Assembly (NCBI GenBank): GCA_008632985.1
Contig: QPGO01000036.1
Span: forward strand, 1-64,000
Direction: 5' to 3'
Origin: Psammoneis japonica
Lineage: Eukaryota
Length of the DNA: 64,000 bases
Position numbers and translations under genes: made by a program. Numbering within the stretch: the first letter of the stretch is position 1; each line of letters begins with the position of its first letter. Below are positions 49,695-63,025 of this stretch, piece after piece. The notes below the pieces were generated by a model, which worked only from the letters and a program-made list of their open reading frames with translations, was not told the DNA's origin and ran no database searches.

Positions 49695-50110
49695 CTATTG
49701 CTGCTCGACAAGCCAGTTAAGAATGTAGTCGTCAAAGTTTGGAAGAACGTCGCCTCCATCGAAGTTAGCATGCCCCCCTGTATCAAAAGTGACAAGCTTG
49801 GTTTCATTGTGTACCATATATCGTGATGATAATTGGTGTGGCACTAATGGATTATCCCTGGCCCAACACATTTGAACATGAGGGTGCAAAAGCCCCTGAC
49901 TGTATCGCTACATTCGGTTTCATCCAGGAAACTAGCCGGATGCATAATGACTGCACCTGCTGCATGTAATCTTAACGGGCCTCCTTTCTTTGCTGCATCA
50001 GAGAGCATCGTAAATCCAATCCTCCAGACCAACTTTTCACACCCAGATGAAATGGCTTTCACTTGACACCCCACCCAAGCCCTTCTTGAATCACCGCATG
50101 TGAATGATCC
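49695..50110 (-). pseudogene. Alpha/beta-hydrolase-like C-terminal remnant at the edge of a mutated domain
   Basis: QMCWARDNPLVP...KLVTFDTGGHANF resembles the acid/His region of alpha/beta hydrolases; frameshifted; upstream part runs into TA-depleted DNA. Confidence 0.45.
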
Positions 50111-53100
50111 TCAGGCAGCTTTCTCAGACTTGTTGAAAGAATCCCTTTGCCCGCTCTTTTTGATGGGTGGGATGCAACTGTAAAAACTCCTCCCATTGTG
50201 ATTCTGATGGCACCGAAAAGATGTGCTTTGCAAAACATGGTGAATGGTGAGAAACTCTTTGAATCGCTGTGAAGCGTGCGCACTGGTTTGTTGTGATGTC
50301 GGTCGTCTGCGCATGCTTTTCAGGCGACCCCAGTGGGAAGATGGCGCAGGTCTGTCCATTTGCAAACACCAAAGGACCCCGATTCAATCGACCTCCACCT
50401 GCCTGGACAGTGTGCCAACTGACTGTCCACAGTGACTGTTGATGCTGTGCCTTTGAGACAACAAAAACCTGCCATCATGCTGAACACAGTGCCAGGATCA
50501 ATTCAAATTTCACACGCACAGCCTGCGGAATTGCGCGCGACAACCACCCCTTGTTCGCACTGCTGCATTGACTGCACAATGTCCACTTCTCACTTTTTTC
50601 TGACGATTTTTGAAATTGTCACAATGTGCACCTTTTGTTTTTTCTCCATTTCCTGTTTATGTTCTTTTTCCCACTGCCACCTTCTGTCCATCCCATCTGC
50701 ACTTCTGGGCCAGCCTTTTTCTCCACACTGCTGCCCCTTCTGCTCTCCACTGCCAGCCCCAGCCACCACACATGCTTGTGCTTTTCCCCCAAACCATGCT
50801 GGCAACAAGAAGAAGCAGAGCATGTGAAAGAGAAAAAAAGCTGCTGTGGCTTTTGGGCTGGCAACAACAAGCTCCCCAAAGCTGTTTGGGCAGCTTGCAG
50901 ATCTGCAAACATTGCCTTCACAGTTGCTGTCAGTTTTGACAAGAATCAAATGCAAAAGACCAACCTGCCAATCTTTTTGGAGTTGTCCAGCTTGCTGCTG
51001 CAAAGTTTTATTGCTTTGAGTTTGTGGTGCTGCCAGAGCTGTTTGGAGATCTTCTGAAGCTCTGGTGAGATTGCATCAACCCAGCTGAAAAAACAATGGT
51101 GGGTTGTGGCATCTTGTTGTTGTGACTGCCACTTGTTTCTGGCGGCATGCTGCACACCATTTTCAACACAAACAGAATTTTGAATTTTTCTGCCCATCAA
51201 ATTGAGTCATCAACGGATGTGGAAACTCTTCCCTTTTTGCAATTTTTTTTCTTTCGAGTTCTCTTTGGAACTCTGCAGTGGTGCTGGAGCAACTTGAGGG
51301 TGTTCAGAAGCTCTGATTTTGCAAAACAACACAAATCAACATGAGTGGCACATTGCTGCAATGGCAGTTGGCACCATGTTTTTTCCCACTGAATCTTTCA
51401 AATGTGCTTCTCTTGCCTGTTTTCTTCATTTGGTGGCACCCTTGTGGTCTGATCTGATGTTGCTTCTCATGGTGACTTGTGTTTCATTGTCAAAGAGACA
51501 AGTGGAGCTCTGCACACACTCAGGATGTGGCCCAAAAAGCTGGGTGCAAAAATGGAAGAGGTCCAAGATTTGGGTGTGTCCCCAGCCCTTTTCTTGAAGA
51601 AATCACCCCAGCTTCTGTTGGCTTTGCCTGACTTTTCTTGTGGCCCGATCTGGCATTGCTTCTCATGGTGACATGGTCTGTTGCTGTGGAGCCTTGGTGA
51701 TCAAATTGTTCTTGAGCAGGATCCACATGTGAGGGCTCTTGGAAGTTTTGCACCTTCATGCCCCGTGGTGCCATGGGTGCACCTGCTCCATCTCTCAGAC
51801 TGTCCCGGGCTGTGGCTCTGGCTGTGGGCATTGTTCTGATTAACTGGCCAGCTGGCACCCTGTGCTGCAGAGACATCTGCTCCATCTCTCAGACTGTTGA
51901 GCACTGTGGCTCTGGCTGTGGGTGTTCTTTTGATGGACTGGCCAGCTCACCTGTGCTTCTTTGTCAAAGAGTGATGAGCAAAGCTCTGCACACACACTCA
52001 GGATCTTGGGCTGGTCCCATCACAAGACACCAAAATGGAGGAGGCTGAAGATTTTAAGATCATGCTAGGCCTTGCATTGAGAAAGAATCAAACCATCTCA
52101 GTTCCCCCACTGTCTTCGCTTGCTGTCCCCCCCTCGTGGTCTGGCCACATTTCTCATGATGATGGTCTGTTGCTGCAAAGCCTTGGTGGTGGTCAAACTC
52201 ATTTTCAAGCAAAAGCCACATGGCATGTTTCATGAGTTGCACACCTTCACGCACCACAGATGCTCTGAAGAACCAGCAGGCCTGCGGGGAGCATTGATCA
52301 CTTGTCTTTTGTTGTGGGTGTGTGCCGTTGGGCGCTGCATTGCCCGTGCGTGTGCAGGTGCCTGCCGTTGGGGCCAGCATTGCAGCAGCAGAGTGGTGGG
52401 GCCGCCTCACTGGCAACACAGAGGACCATTGTGTTTGAGAGCTCATGCCAGTTTTGGGGCTGCAGCGCGGTGCACGGACACTCTTTTTTGTCCAACTTGC
52501 CGACAAAATGGTGCGCTGCACAAACTCACTCATTTTTTGACATGTTTTTCCCAGTGTGACTGTTTTGTGTGCAATTCATCACAAATTCTCTTCACACAAA
52601 GCTCAATGCATTTTTCAACATGCCATGCCAGCAATCCCAATTTTGCGGTCCTTTGGAGCTCTTCTGAAAAACAGTTCCACGCCCCCACAGGGAGGGAATT
52701 TGTTGGTTCTTTTGGGAAGTCCCTGTGACCTCCAATGTCCTCAATGATCATTCGCTGAGTCCGAACAATTCATTTGCACTGAACAACACATGCTGTTCCA
52801 AAAAACATCCGAGGGACACACTTTCAAATTCGGACCGACCCCCGACTGCCCGACTGCCCGACCCCCCGACGGACACAAAAAAGAAAAAATTGTCATGCGT
52901 GATGCATGGCGCATGGGAACAACTTATCGGCGACTGGCGTGGTGCCAGCTCAATGGAAAAATTCAAGTCAGAAGTGTAAAAAACATGCCAGAGCCTGCGC
53001 CACTGGTGGCGCAGAATGGTTCAGGGTGCACACAAATTTTGTGCCACAGTGGCGCATGTGATTTTTGTGCGACACTCTACACGCGCCCAGTGGCGTAGAC

Positions 53101-54425
53101 CCAGTGCAAAAACAACAAATTTTTGAAGTCTTGTGGCATGCAAAGTCAGCATGTTGTGGCGTAGATTCGACATCAACAAGGCTTCACGCAACACTCGCAA
53201 CAACCAAGACAACAGAAAACCGCTCGCAAAATCTCGCTCCCACTTCACACATTGCAGCTGATGTGGTGTTGTTCATTTGTCTCACTCGTTTTCATCGTGG
53301 AACCTCCTGATGACACAGGGTGTCTTTCAGGCATGTGCATCGGTCTGATTGCCCCCCCTCTTTGGGCAAGAATGGGGTGTGTGGTTTGCTTTTTGAAGAC
53401 ACCAGACCAGCCACAAGGATGAGCTTGCAGTGGAGAGCTGGCAAGCAAAGAAGCACTGGGCTGTGCCACAAGGCACTGGCTGATGGGACAGCATTGGGCA
53501 AGCACAACCACAAGCATTTTCCTGAGGGCACTTTGCACCACATGTGACAAAGCCAGAAACATGGACTGAGAAACACAGACAGAGCCAGGTTTTGCTCAGC
53601 TGGCCACCCAGAATTCAAGCAGGGGTGCAGCCGGAATGAAGAAGGCTGCAGGTCAATTTGAGGTCCCAGTGGGAACTTGCTTTGCATGTTTGTTGACAGC
53701 CTGCTGCAGAAGCCGTGGCTGCACTGGAAATCCAAAGGTGGCTTTGCGTGGTGGGGAGGATCTCGCAAATTCTCTCAAGATTTTGCGACGCATGAGGCCA
53801 AAATTTGGGTGCAGCATCCACAGATGCTTTGGGAGAGATGCTGTGAATTTGTCAAGGCAGGCACTTCTGACAGCATGGGTGGGGAAGGCCAGTGCTTGTT
53901 GCCAGGGATCTTTGTGAAGATCTTTTGAAGAGGATGACACTGCATTTTCTCGCTTGGAAACTTCAGAGAATTGTTTGAACACAGTGGGGCCAAACCCGCC
54001 AAAGTGTGCATTGAATTTTGGAGAACAAAGAAGACACAAATCCGTGGCAGTGGCCACCAAGCTGGTGGGGCAAGGCTTGGAAAACAAGCTGCCCAAAAAG
54101 CCATGATGGGCTGGCAGCAAAACACTCCTCACAAAAGATGCCACTGTCAAGCTGCCACAGACTGGCACAACTCCACAGTTCTCCAGCATGCTGTGGGAGC
54201 TTTGCTGTCAAGCATGTAAAACCACAGCACCTCAAGTCACAGACAAGCTGCTTTGCAGGCAGAAGCCCAGCCAAGGGCCGCAAGTCAACAGCCCCACAAT
54301 GTCTTCTCTTTTTCTCCTTTTTCCTTCTTTTCCTCTCTCTCTTCTCCTTTTCTCCTTTTCAGTTCATTCTTCTGGGCCGCCTCCGGCGGCCACCTCTTTC
54401 ATTCTTCCCACATGCCGAAATCTCG
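49990..54425. mobile_element. Nested degenerate transposon domain, TpA-depleted
   Basis: Extreme TA depletion; internal diverged direct repeat; subterminal-like motif clusters at 52824-53165; many spurious Cys/His ORFs. Confidence 0.6.
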
Positions 54426-54824
54426 CTAGAGAGAGAGCACCGGTAGAGTAGAGAGCAGCTCTACTCTTTAAGTGGCAGAGAGTAGCCCTAGAGAAACCCG
54501 GAGAGCGACTGGTAACACGTCATGAGAATAGCGTGAATCATCGTGAATGATTGACTTACTTGTCCGCCCGGTCCGACGTGCGTGCGTGAGTGAGGAGTGA
54601 GTCGTCGTCATACAGTAGTACCGGTACTGCAGGTCTACGTAGCGCTCTACGTGCGACATGCGTCGCATGACTGTGTCAGAAAACGAGAAGGATGGCGGAT
54701 GGCGGTTCGGACACGACACAACTGACACGCATGCAAGATACCCACGCCACCACTCAGAGAGAGAGTACTACCATCACCTTCTTCTCACAATTCAGGTCAC
54801 GACGACTCACACTCAAAAGCCATC

Positions 54825-55374
54825 ATGAAGACTACGTCTCTAATCGCCCTTGCAATGGTTGCTCCTGCGACCGCTTTCTCTGGATCTTCCTTCACCGGTT
54901 CTCAACTAAAAACTGTTGAAAGTTCCGCTACCGTGACTATGGAATACATCCCAGCGTAAGTCGTCTCTGCTTCCCGCTTCAATCGTCGTTTTACCCTAAA
55001 TCACTAACTTTACTGATATCTGTAAATTATGTTGCAGTGGTATGTCGAAAGAGCAGTGGAGAAAAATTAAGACGGCTGAAAAGGAAAAGAATAAGGGAAA
55101 GAACCTTGGTAAGGTTGGAATCACGTCGTTCCAATCCAGAAGTTTCACGGATTGGCAAAAATCAGGAGGAAAGAACCTCTTTCCTGTGGATCCCAACTCG
55201 GTGAAGAATGCTAAAGAAGTTCCTTACATGCAACGTAAAGGCGGAAAGGCTGATGACTCTGACTTGGGCGGAAAGAAGGGAGGAATGTTCGGAGGAATGT
55301 TTGGCAAGAAGAAGGCGGCGGCACCAGAGCCTACTAAGGAGGAGCCAAAGAAAACGAACTGGTGGACATTGTAA
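54825..55374 (+). CDS. Small Lys-rich plastid-targeted protein of unknown function, intron 54956-55037
   Basis: MKTTSLIALAMVAPATAFSG signal plus AF motif; transit peptide ending VTMEYIP; exon 2 GMSKEQW...NWWTL. Confidence 0.75.
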
Positions 55375-56223
55375 GAACCGGCAATAGTGTTTTGCTCCCT
55401 CTGCATGCTTCTCCTGTCTTTGACTAGCCGGTAATTCATCTTGGGACTCAAGAGGTACAAAGAAGTCATACCGTCGACATGCGAAGAGGAATAGAATTAA
55501 GAGAAACGAATTTTCAAAATGTAGAATGCCCTTGTTTTGTGAACACTACGTGTCTTCAGCTGGTGAAGACCTCTCGCAAGTCCGTGTCTGGACTAGGCCT
55601 ACAGCGCTGAGATAGCGCACACACGTTTCCTACCGCAGGCGTCGAACTGTATCCATCACCTAGAGTATCTTTACATGAAAGGATTCTCTACACGATCTAG
55701 TTTACTTCCTCGAATACCTACTTGTCGCTCAAATCGGGGAAGATTCGGATGCTGTTTGCCACAGAAGAGCCCGTCGATATACAAGCAAAAGGCCCTTTCT
55801 AGAGCTAGAGAGTAGCTACCGGCTTTCTTTCATTTGAGAGAAAGACATGATTGCGGGATCGCGCACCGCACGTCATTGATCATCACCGAAGGCTCCAGCC
55901 CCCAACCATCCGCCCTCATATCGAAAAGCCTTGACGACGCTTGACGCGAAGACGGAGTTCACCGGTAGCTGGTCGCTGGAGCGAGTTGACCACACAACAC
56001 ACAATGACAGCACAGCGGTGCCGCACGTGCAACTCCAGCTCTCTATGATAGAGCGTATCAAAACAATTACATTCATTGAATGGCACATCTCTCGAGTTGA
56101 AAGGACTGTCCAAGACTAAGGAATAACAGATGTTTGTTCAGCAGCGAAATCCTTGAGTGAATACTGGATACTGGGCTCCTGTTCGTGGTGCGTCTCTGTC
56201 AAGACCGTCAGTTTCAACCTGGC

Positions 56224-57421
56224 ATGATGCATTCTAATAAGAAGTACCTTGCCGCTCTTTTATTACTTCTGATGATATTACCCAATGTGATATCATTTCA
56301 ACCACTCGGAAGTTCGGATCTACCAACGTCGACGAAAAAATCAAAGCGGCCACCCAAACAGAAATGGATTACTTGCTCTTCATCGAGAGAGTTAGTCCAC
56401 GCCATTTACGAGGTTGTACAACCAGAGGATCGTGTGGCTGAGCTTGGAGCTCAGCTCCGAGATGTCTCATCTGCTGTTTGTGAGCGAGCTGAGTCTGCAG
56501 TTTTGGTAGACGTTGAGCGAAAATTTCCAAAAAGAGCCAATGCCAAACAGGAAGAACAGACGAGGACAAGAGCAATGCGACGACCAGGAGATCAAGACGG
56601 GTTTTATCCAAAGATTGCTACTTTTGTGGAAATCAGTCGCCTAGATGATTGGAGACGAGCCTTTCTCGAACATTGCAGCGATGAGAAGAATTTTGACGTA
56701 CTCGTCTTGGATGTGAATGCAATCGTCGGAAATGATCTAGAGTGGACGTCCTTGGGGTTAGTTCGAGAATTTGTCGCCCTCTTTGATAGCGTCCGTACAG
56801 TGCTAGTAAAGTCAGAAGCCCTCAACCAATGGGCTACTCGCATTGTACACGGACAACGCTGGATAACTGGAGCAGCAAACGGACCAGGAATCGTGGAGGC
56901 GGAGCTATCAAGTCGCCAAAGACTGTTGCACTGTCGGCGTGAAAGAATATCGTCAGACTATTGCAAGCACTGTGAGACCAGGTGATGCGGTACTTGAAGT
57001 GGGCTGTCATTTTGGTACTACCACGGCACTGCTGCACAAAGCCGCCGCTGTGGCAGCTTCAGGTGGCCACGCCATTGGAGTGGATGTGAGTCCCAAGATT
57101 ATTGGTGGAGCCAAACAAAAATACCCAGAGGTTTTCTTTGCTGTCGGAGATGCGTGGAAGACGGCAGAACTATTGAGAATCCAAAGAGATTTCCTTGAAG
57201 CTAAGCACAAGCTTTCGTCTGAGCTAAATGATCGTGTTGGGTTTGATGTCGTCTATGTCGACGTTGGTGGCTTGTCGGGAGGTGACGGACTTATAGAAGC
57301 CCTCTCGCTGATATCGGCATTGATGAATGCGCTAGAGCCGAGATGTCTCGTGATTAAGAGTCTCTGTATGAGGCAGTTGTCGTCAACTCTAATCCCACAC
57401 TGGAGGCAAACAAAAGATTAA
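56224..57421 (+). CDS. SAM-dependent methyltransferase-like protein with two tandem MTase-like halves; frameshift near 56900
   Basis: Half 1 EDRVAELGAQ...FDVLVLDV; half 2 GDAVLEVGCHFG...FDVVYVDVGG; N-terminal signal peptide. Confidence 0.72.
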
Positions 57422-57589
57422 TGATGGGGACAAAGAAAATCATAAAGATTACCTTTGCGTCGTCAGAGATCTCAAGTTTTGCGACAGAGGATTTCATATG
57501 TCAACTGCTACAACAACATTCCGGCGTAGTGTTCAGAAGAAACGAAATAAGCCTTGTGATAGTAACAGCGTTACGTTGATTCATACTAC

Positions 57590-57935
57590 CAATTAAGCCG
57601 GGGTGTCTGTGAATCATCAACCGGATAACCCCAAATACCCATGGCTTCCTTCATGTCGGCACAAGATGATCCCTTGTGAGTTCGTCTTCAGAAACAAACT
57701 TGCCAGTAACGTCCAAATTGTTGTAAAAATGCACCCACATATTTCCGTAGAGCCCGCAAGAGCGTAAGGATCAATTTCTGCAAACTCAACGGCATCGGTC
57801 CTGTTTGGCGCATTATACAGAATGAGACTGCCGACAGCCAAACTCGAAGGATCTCCTTTGAACTCGGTAGGAAAATGAATGGGCCCGGCAGTAATCACGC
57901 GTCCGGAGCGAATCAAGTGCTCCAAATGAGAGTCT
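57590..57935 (-). pseudogene. YCII-domain fragment, frameshifted
   Basis: HLIRSGRVITAGP...GSLILYNA...AVEFAEIDPYALAG matches the YciI fold; no clear start codon. Confidence 0.5.
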
Positions 57936-57964
57936 AATCGTGGACAACAAAGAAAGTCTAGTAG

Positions 57965-60900
57965 CTATTTGTAGGCATCCACAGACTCTTTGCTTCGTCT
58001 CATCAAGAATTCAAGTGACTTAAGCAGCCCTGCTCTCGACACATTTTGCGAAACGTTCTGCGAGTGACGAGTGGCAGAGATTTCAAACGCGGTAGCAACC
58101 TGATTGGCACACAAGCGACTTTGCCGCTTTTGTGCAACTCGCGGTCTTCCTGAGTGAGGCTGTGAGAGCAGGGACTTGAATGGAAACAGGACATGGTCTC
58201 CCGTTTTCAGTTTGCGGATAGACTGACAGAAGTCGGCTGTTGAGACCTCTTGAAGAGTATATCCGCCGGCACGAATCCAGCTGCAAAGCGTGTCTAGACG
58301 GATGGATTCAGTTCCGCACAAGTGAAAAGCACAGTTTCTACCAAATCTTGCGACGTAGTCATCCCACTGTACCTCAGAGATGTAGGCAATAGCCCCGGCG
58401 ACAAAATCGACGGGGCAGAGGTTGAACTCGTGGGGAATCGGGGAGTCACTTGATTCCGAACTCACAACTCCTTCTTTGACGAGTCCGAGAAGCAACATGT
58501 TTGTTGCGTCTTTTGGGTTGCTGGCGCCACTCTGGGCATCCCCGGCTATTGACCCAGGCCGAACAACGCGTATTCGGCAATGCAAGCGCGAAGCTGCAGT
58601 TGAAACCAGCTGCTCGGCAACCCATTTGCTCTGGGCATAACCCGAGCAAAGTGCCAGTCTAGCTTCACCAACGTCTAGGGTTTCAGAGTGGCCAATCGGA
58701 AGGAAACCCATTGTCGAAACATGAAGCAATTCAGCTTTCGCCAAAAGTGACAATTCCAGTATCCGACGTGTACCCACGACGTTGATTTCCCGAAGCTCAG
58801 AGTATGGCGCGATGGAGCTGACGTGGGCCCCGCAGTGGAAAATGGCTTTTGTTCTACGCGACAGATCAAAGTAATCATCCAGAGAAAGTCCCAAGCGGGT
58901 GGATGCCAAGTCTCCAACCAGCATCGAGCATCGATGGAAAATGTCCCCACACAGTTCGTACCATTCGAGATTCTTTCGGAGCCTTCGACTCGCCACCTCC
59001 ATATTCGGTGCTCTAACCAGGCAACATATTCGGCATCTTTTCCAAACAGAACTATCGAGCAGGGCTCTCAGCAGGAAAGCCCCCAGGAAGCCTGTTGCGC
59101 CCGTGACTAGGATCGTGTCCGGAGCCGATGTTTGACCCTTGGTTGCTACATCCCTGTAGCGCTTGAGCTGCTCTCGGAGTTGACCAATGTCATTGGCCAG
59201 AATGCCAAACTCCTTTTCCACCTCATGGCGCCAGTCAATGACGTCGGCGCGGACTGCAACTCGCCGAGCTGCTGTCGGACCACTGAACAACACTCTCTCC
59301 AGGTCCGCCAACGTCGAAAAGGCGAAAAGATCGCGAGGAGAAAGATGTGAGTCAAACCTTTCTTGTAGCATAGACGACAGGCGTGCGACTGCTAGCGAGT
59401 CCAAACCCAGTGAAATGAGAGAGTCGGACGCTTTGGGTCTCAGCGACGGTTCAGCGGCTGCCATACAGATTGACTCTGCCAGGCCAGCGCAGGGTGCTCC
59501 ATTTTCAGTACCATAGCTTCGCATTGCAGAATACTCGTCGCCGACATAACGTGTCGTACCACCCGCGAGCTGCTCCTGGTATCTTTGAATCAAGGCGGGT
59601 CGGCACAGCTTTCCTCCGGCCACGAGCATCCCGTTTTCTTGCGAAAATGGCTCGGGCTCCACTACCACTTTCCGTGGAATTTCCCACGGCAGTAGCCCTT
59701 TGATGCTCCTACCTGGCGAAGATTATCAATGATTTCACATTCTAGATGTTCCTTTTTCAAAAGGTGTCGCTTCGGTACAACAACTGCCGCCACGCAACTC
59801 ATGTTGGGCATTCCCCATGCAAAGATCTGGAACACCCATTCACTTTCCAGCAACGCCTCTTCTACTTTCAATGGAGCCACAAAATGTCCCTGATTCAACT
59901 TGAAATGACTCTTACAACGATCAATGATACGAATTGTCCCGCTACGGAGTCGCTCCCCGACATCGCCTGTGCGAAAGTACCGTACACCACCCAACGTGAT
60001 CCAATCCTTATCGCCATCATCATTGCTGGAGCCGACCACAGCAGCAGCATCAAACGTTCCATCGTTGCGACACTTGGCACGATCAAAGTATCCACCCGCA
60101 GCGATACTTGTCTTGGTTTGCGCGACAATTTCTCCTCGCGCGTGTGGTTGATCGGCGGTCGTGTAGCCCAAATCGGGTCGATCCACCAAGCGAACCTCGG
60201 CCGATGCGACGATCATGCCATTTTGTGCCAATGACCCCGTCTCGGTTGTCCCGTACGCATCCACAAGGGAAACACCGGGGAAGACGCGACAAAGAAATCG
60301 TAGCGTCGCATGGGGCAAGGGACTCCCCGTGGAAACCAACACCTTGATGCGATTTCCCAAAGGCCGACGGTGCATCCATTCCAGCAAGACTTGTTGCTTG
60401 ATTGTATTTATTTCATTTTCGCTTTTCGACCCTCGCTGGCACACTTGATTTTCAAAATCGGTCCGTAGACTGTTCCAAACCGCAGCTGTCCCCGTCAAGG
60501 ATGTGGGACAAAGCACGCGACAGTCATCCGACAAGTTCTCCAGCGATCCACTACTGGCACAGCCAATTTTGCCTCCCCGTAGGAGCACGTCGTGCGTTTG
60601 TCGCATCACCTCGTAGGCATACGCTACATTCGGTTGTTCTTGTCGTCGTCGTCGTCCCCGTTGCTCTTGGGGCAAGGAGGCCAGTACCTTGTGCATTTGC
60701 CTCTTGAGCGTTCCTTCCGTCACGACGGTCAGTTGAGGCCTGCCCCCCGCACTGCCGCTAGAGGGTAGTAACTTGACAATGGCATCGTCGGGTGCTTGTG
60801 CCGGCACCCACTCTTGCACATGGATAGGTTCCGCGGCACCCAGCGCCATGACTTGGGACCATGTGTATTGTTGACGTATCCGCGGGTTGGAATCCATACT

Positions 60901-61893
60901 AATGGCAGCAGCATCAATGTTGCTATTCCCTGCTGCCCGCGGATAGGCCTCGGCACGGTCGTGTATCCACACCACTATAATACCCGGCGGAGACAACGCT
61001 TGTGGATTGTCCTTCTCCAGTTCCTCCTCTATCATCAATAGCGCTTGTTGCAAAATTGATTGCAGGTGAATGGACACCACGAGTATTTCCAAGGCGGTCG
61101 TTTGTAACACATGCCGTAAGGATGCGGCCCGCATGCATCGATGCAAGGGCACCAGTCCCAATCCCTTAAGGGCACAGGCATAATCACACACGAACCATTG
61201 AGGATTGCCACTTGGAGAGGCCCATAGTCCCACGAGATGTGGTGGAGGTGGTCGTTGTTGTTGATGATGTGTTTCCAAAAGCAACGCCCAAAGTCCGGTA
61301 CCAAATTGTTGTGCCTCTCGTCCAACGTCAGCGTAGGTGCTCCATTGATAGTCGTGACGTGCTGTGGGTTGATTCTTCTTTTCGCTATTTCTTGAGTCAC
61401 CACTACTTCGTTCTCCCAAACAAGGCCGAGGACCGTACAGCCGGAACGTTGCTTGCAGTATTTTTGCTGTACTGTGGTGAAAGGATTGTTGCACAAACCG
61501 AGTCGTGTCTACAAGGCTGGGTACCGTCTCTTGGTGCAAGAAGAATCCTCCAACCTCGGCGGCGGCGGCAGCAGCGGCTGCACATGGGTAACGTGCCAAA
61601 GCAGCGCCTTGTCGCTTGTCATCATGACAGTATTGACATTCGTCATGCGTTCCATCGTCACAAATATTACATGTATAATACGATTCGAGAGGCCAAACAA
61701 TGTAGGCCCGACAGGCATGACAGGTTCGCGCAACAACGGGCAAATAACCACCGCTCATGATCCGTCGCCACCACGACACTGTCGTTGCCGCCGTCGCGGC
61801 GGAGATTCCTCTGTTGGGTTGTAGCGGCGGCGACTGCCACCAAAGACGGATCCAGCGCGGCAATGAGACTAGAGCAGACCATACAATGCCCAT
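57965..61893 (-). CDS. Carboxylic-acid-reductase-like NRPS (zinc finger - acyl-AMP ligase - T - thioester reductase); frameshift near 59680
   Basis: YQWSTY, AYGTTE, FRTGDVG, IIDRCKSHFKLNQG (LC-FACS/CAR type); GLDSL Ppant site; TGATGFLG, GYAQSKW, RPG in the R domain. Confidence 0.88.
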
Positions 61894-63025
61894 GATGAGT
61901 ACTAGCTAGTTGTCGTCATCGGGGCGTGCTTCTTGCTTCAGCATTCCCTCTCGGGCTTCTCTTCACATTTTTTGAGCCTTGTTCTCTCGTTTTTGAGATG
62001 ATGATGTGATTCTTCGCGAAAGTTACCGTGCGGTGACACTCACGGACTGAATCCAGTCCATGCGTCTACTCGAGCTACTACTCTATGGCATCCTAGTGGG
62101 GGTCTAGCTGGTGCCGCTGGTGCCCACACCAAAGAGACAAACCCACAACAAAAGGCAAAAACAATGGTCCTCAACAAAGTTCCTAAGAATGGCCACAGTT
62201 AAATGTGGGCAATCTGTGAGTCACACCACCCAAAATGAGAAGCAAGACCCCCCCTCTGGGTGCCCTCCTCCTGCCTGCCTTGTCCCCCTGCCCCCTCCTG
62301 ACAACACCATCACCGCAGCTGATCCAACACAACTGAGAATGTTCATTGGTCAAATCAGCTGGAGTTGCAGCATCAAAGATGGGAAGTGGAACATGCCACA
62401 TTGCCAAAAACCAAAACACTTGATGAGGATGGCCAGCCAGAGTTTTGGACTTTCTCCGCCAATGCCAAGGGCAGCAACACAACCCCAGTGTCGGGTTTGA
62501 TTTGAAGCAAAACAACACAAAGTGTCAACTGCCACCCTTGGAAGAAAAAATTTCAAAAACCATGGTTTGCATCCAAAGAATGTGACGAAAAGAAGGAAAG
62601 GAGCCTTGCTGAGTGAATGAGCAGGGACAATGACAACTTCCACACTCTCTGTTGAACAAACCATTGGGGAAGCTTTTGTCAGACAAGGGACAAAATGCAC
62701 TCAAAAGAAGGATTTTGCTGAGCTTGTAGAATGTCTCAGCAAAGCACCTGAATGCACGAGCTTGGAGACTTCCATTGATGCCAACATTTGTGGCCCACAA
62801 GCTGCGCCATCATTGCACATTGTGAAGGAATGGGGAGGAGGACAGGGCAGCACCTTTGAGGATCTGCTGCATGGTTTTTTGGACTGAGAACTTGGGCATT
62901 TGTCTGAAAACTGGTCCTTGATCTCTCAGCTCCTTGGCCCATCATTTTCCTCAAGCTCAAGCTGCCAGGAAAACACTGCAAGGCCAACAAAGGACCACGA
63001 TGAGAGTTTCCACTTGAGGGCCAAC

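Noticed and set aside
13591..61893. Programmed frameshifting or mass pseudogenisation (breaks near 14700, 21057, 24255, 24920, 33700, 35960, 41795, 56900, 59680)
   Set aside because: Single-base slips in otherwise intact, conserved genes are better explained by long-read consensus errors; needs short-read confirmation.
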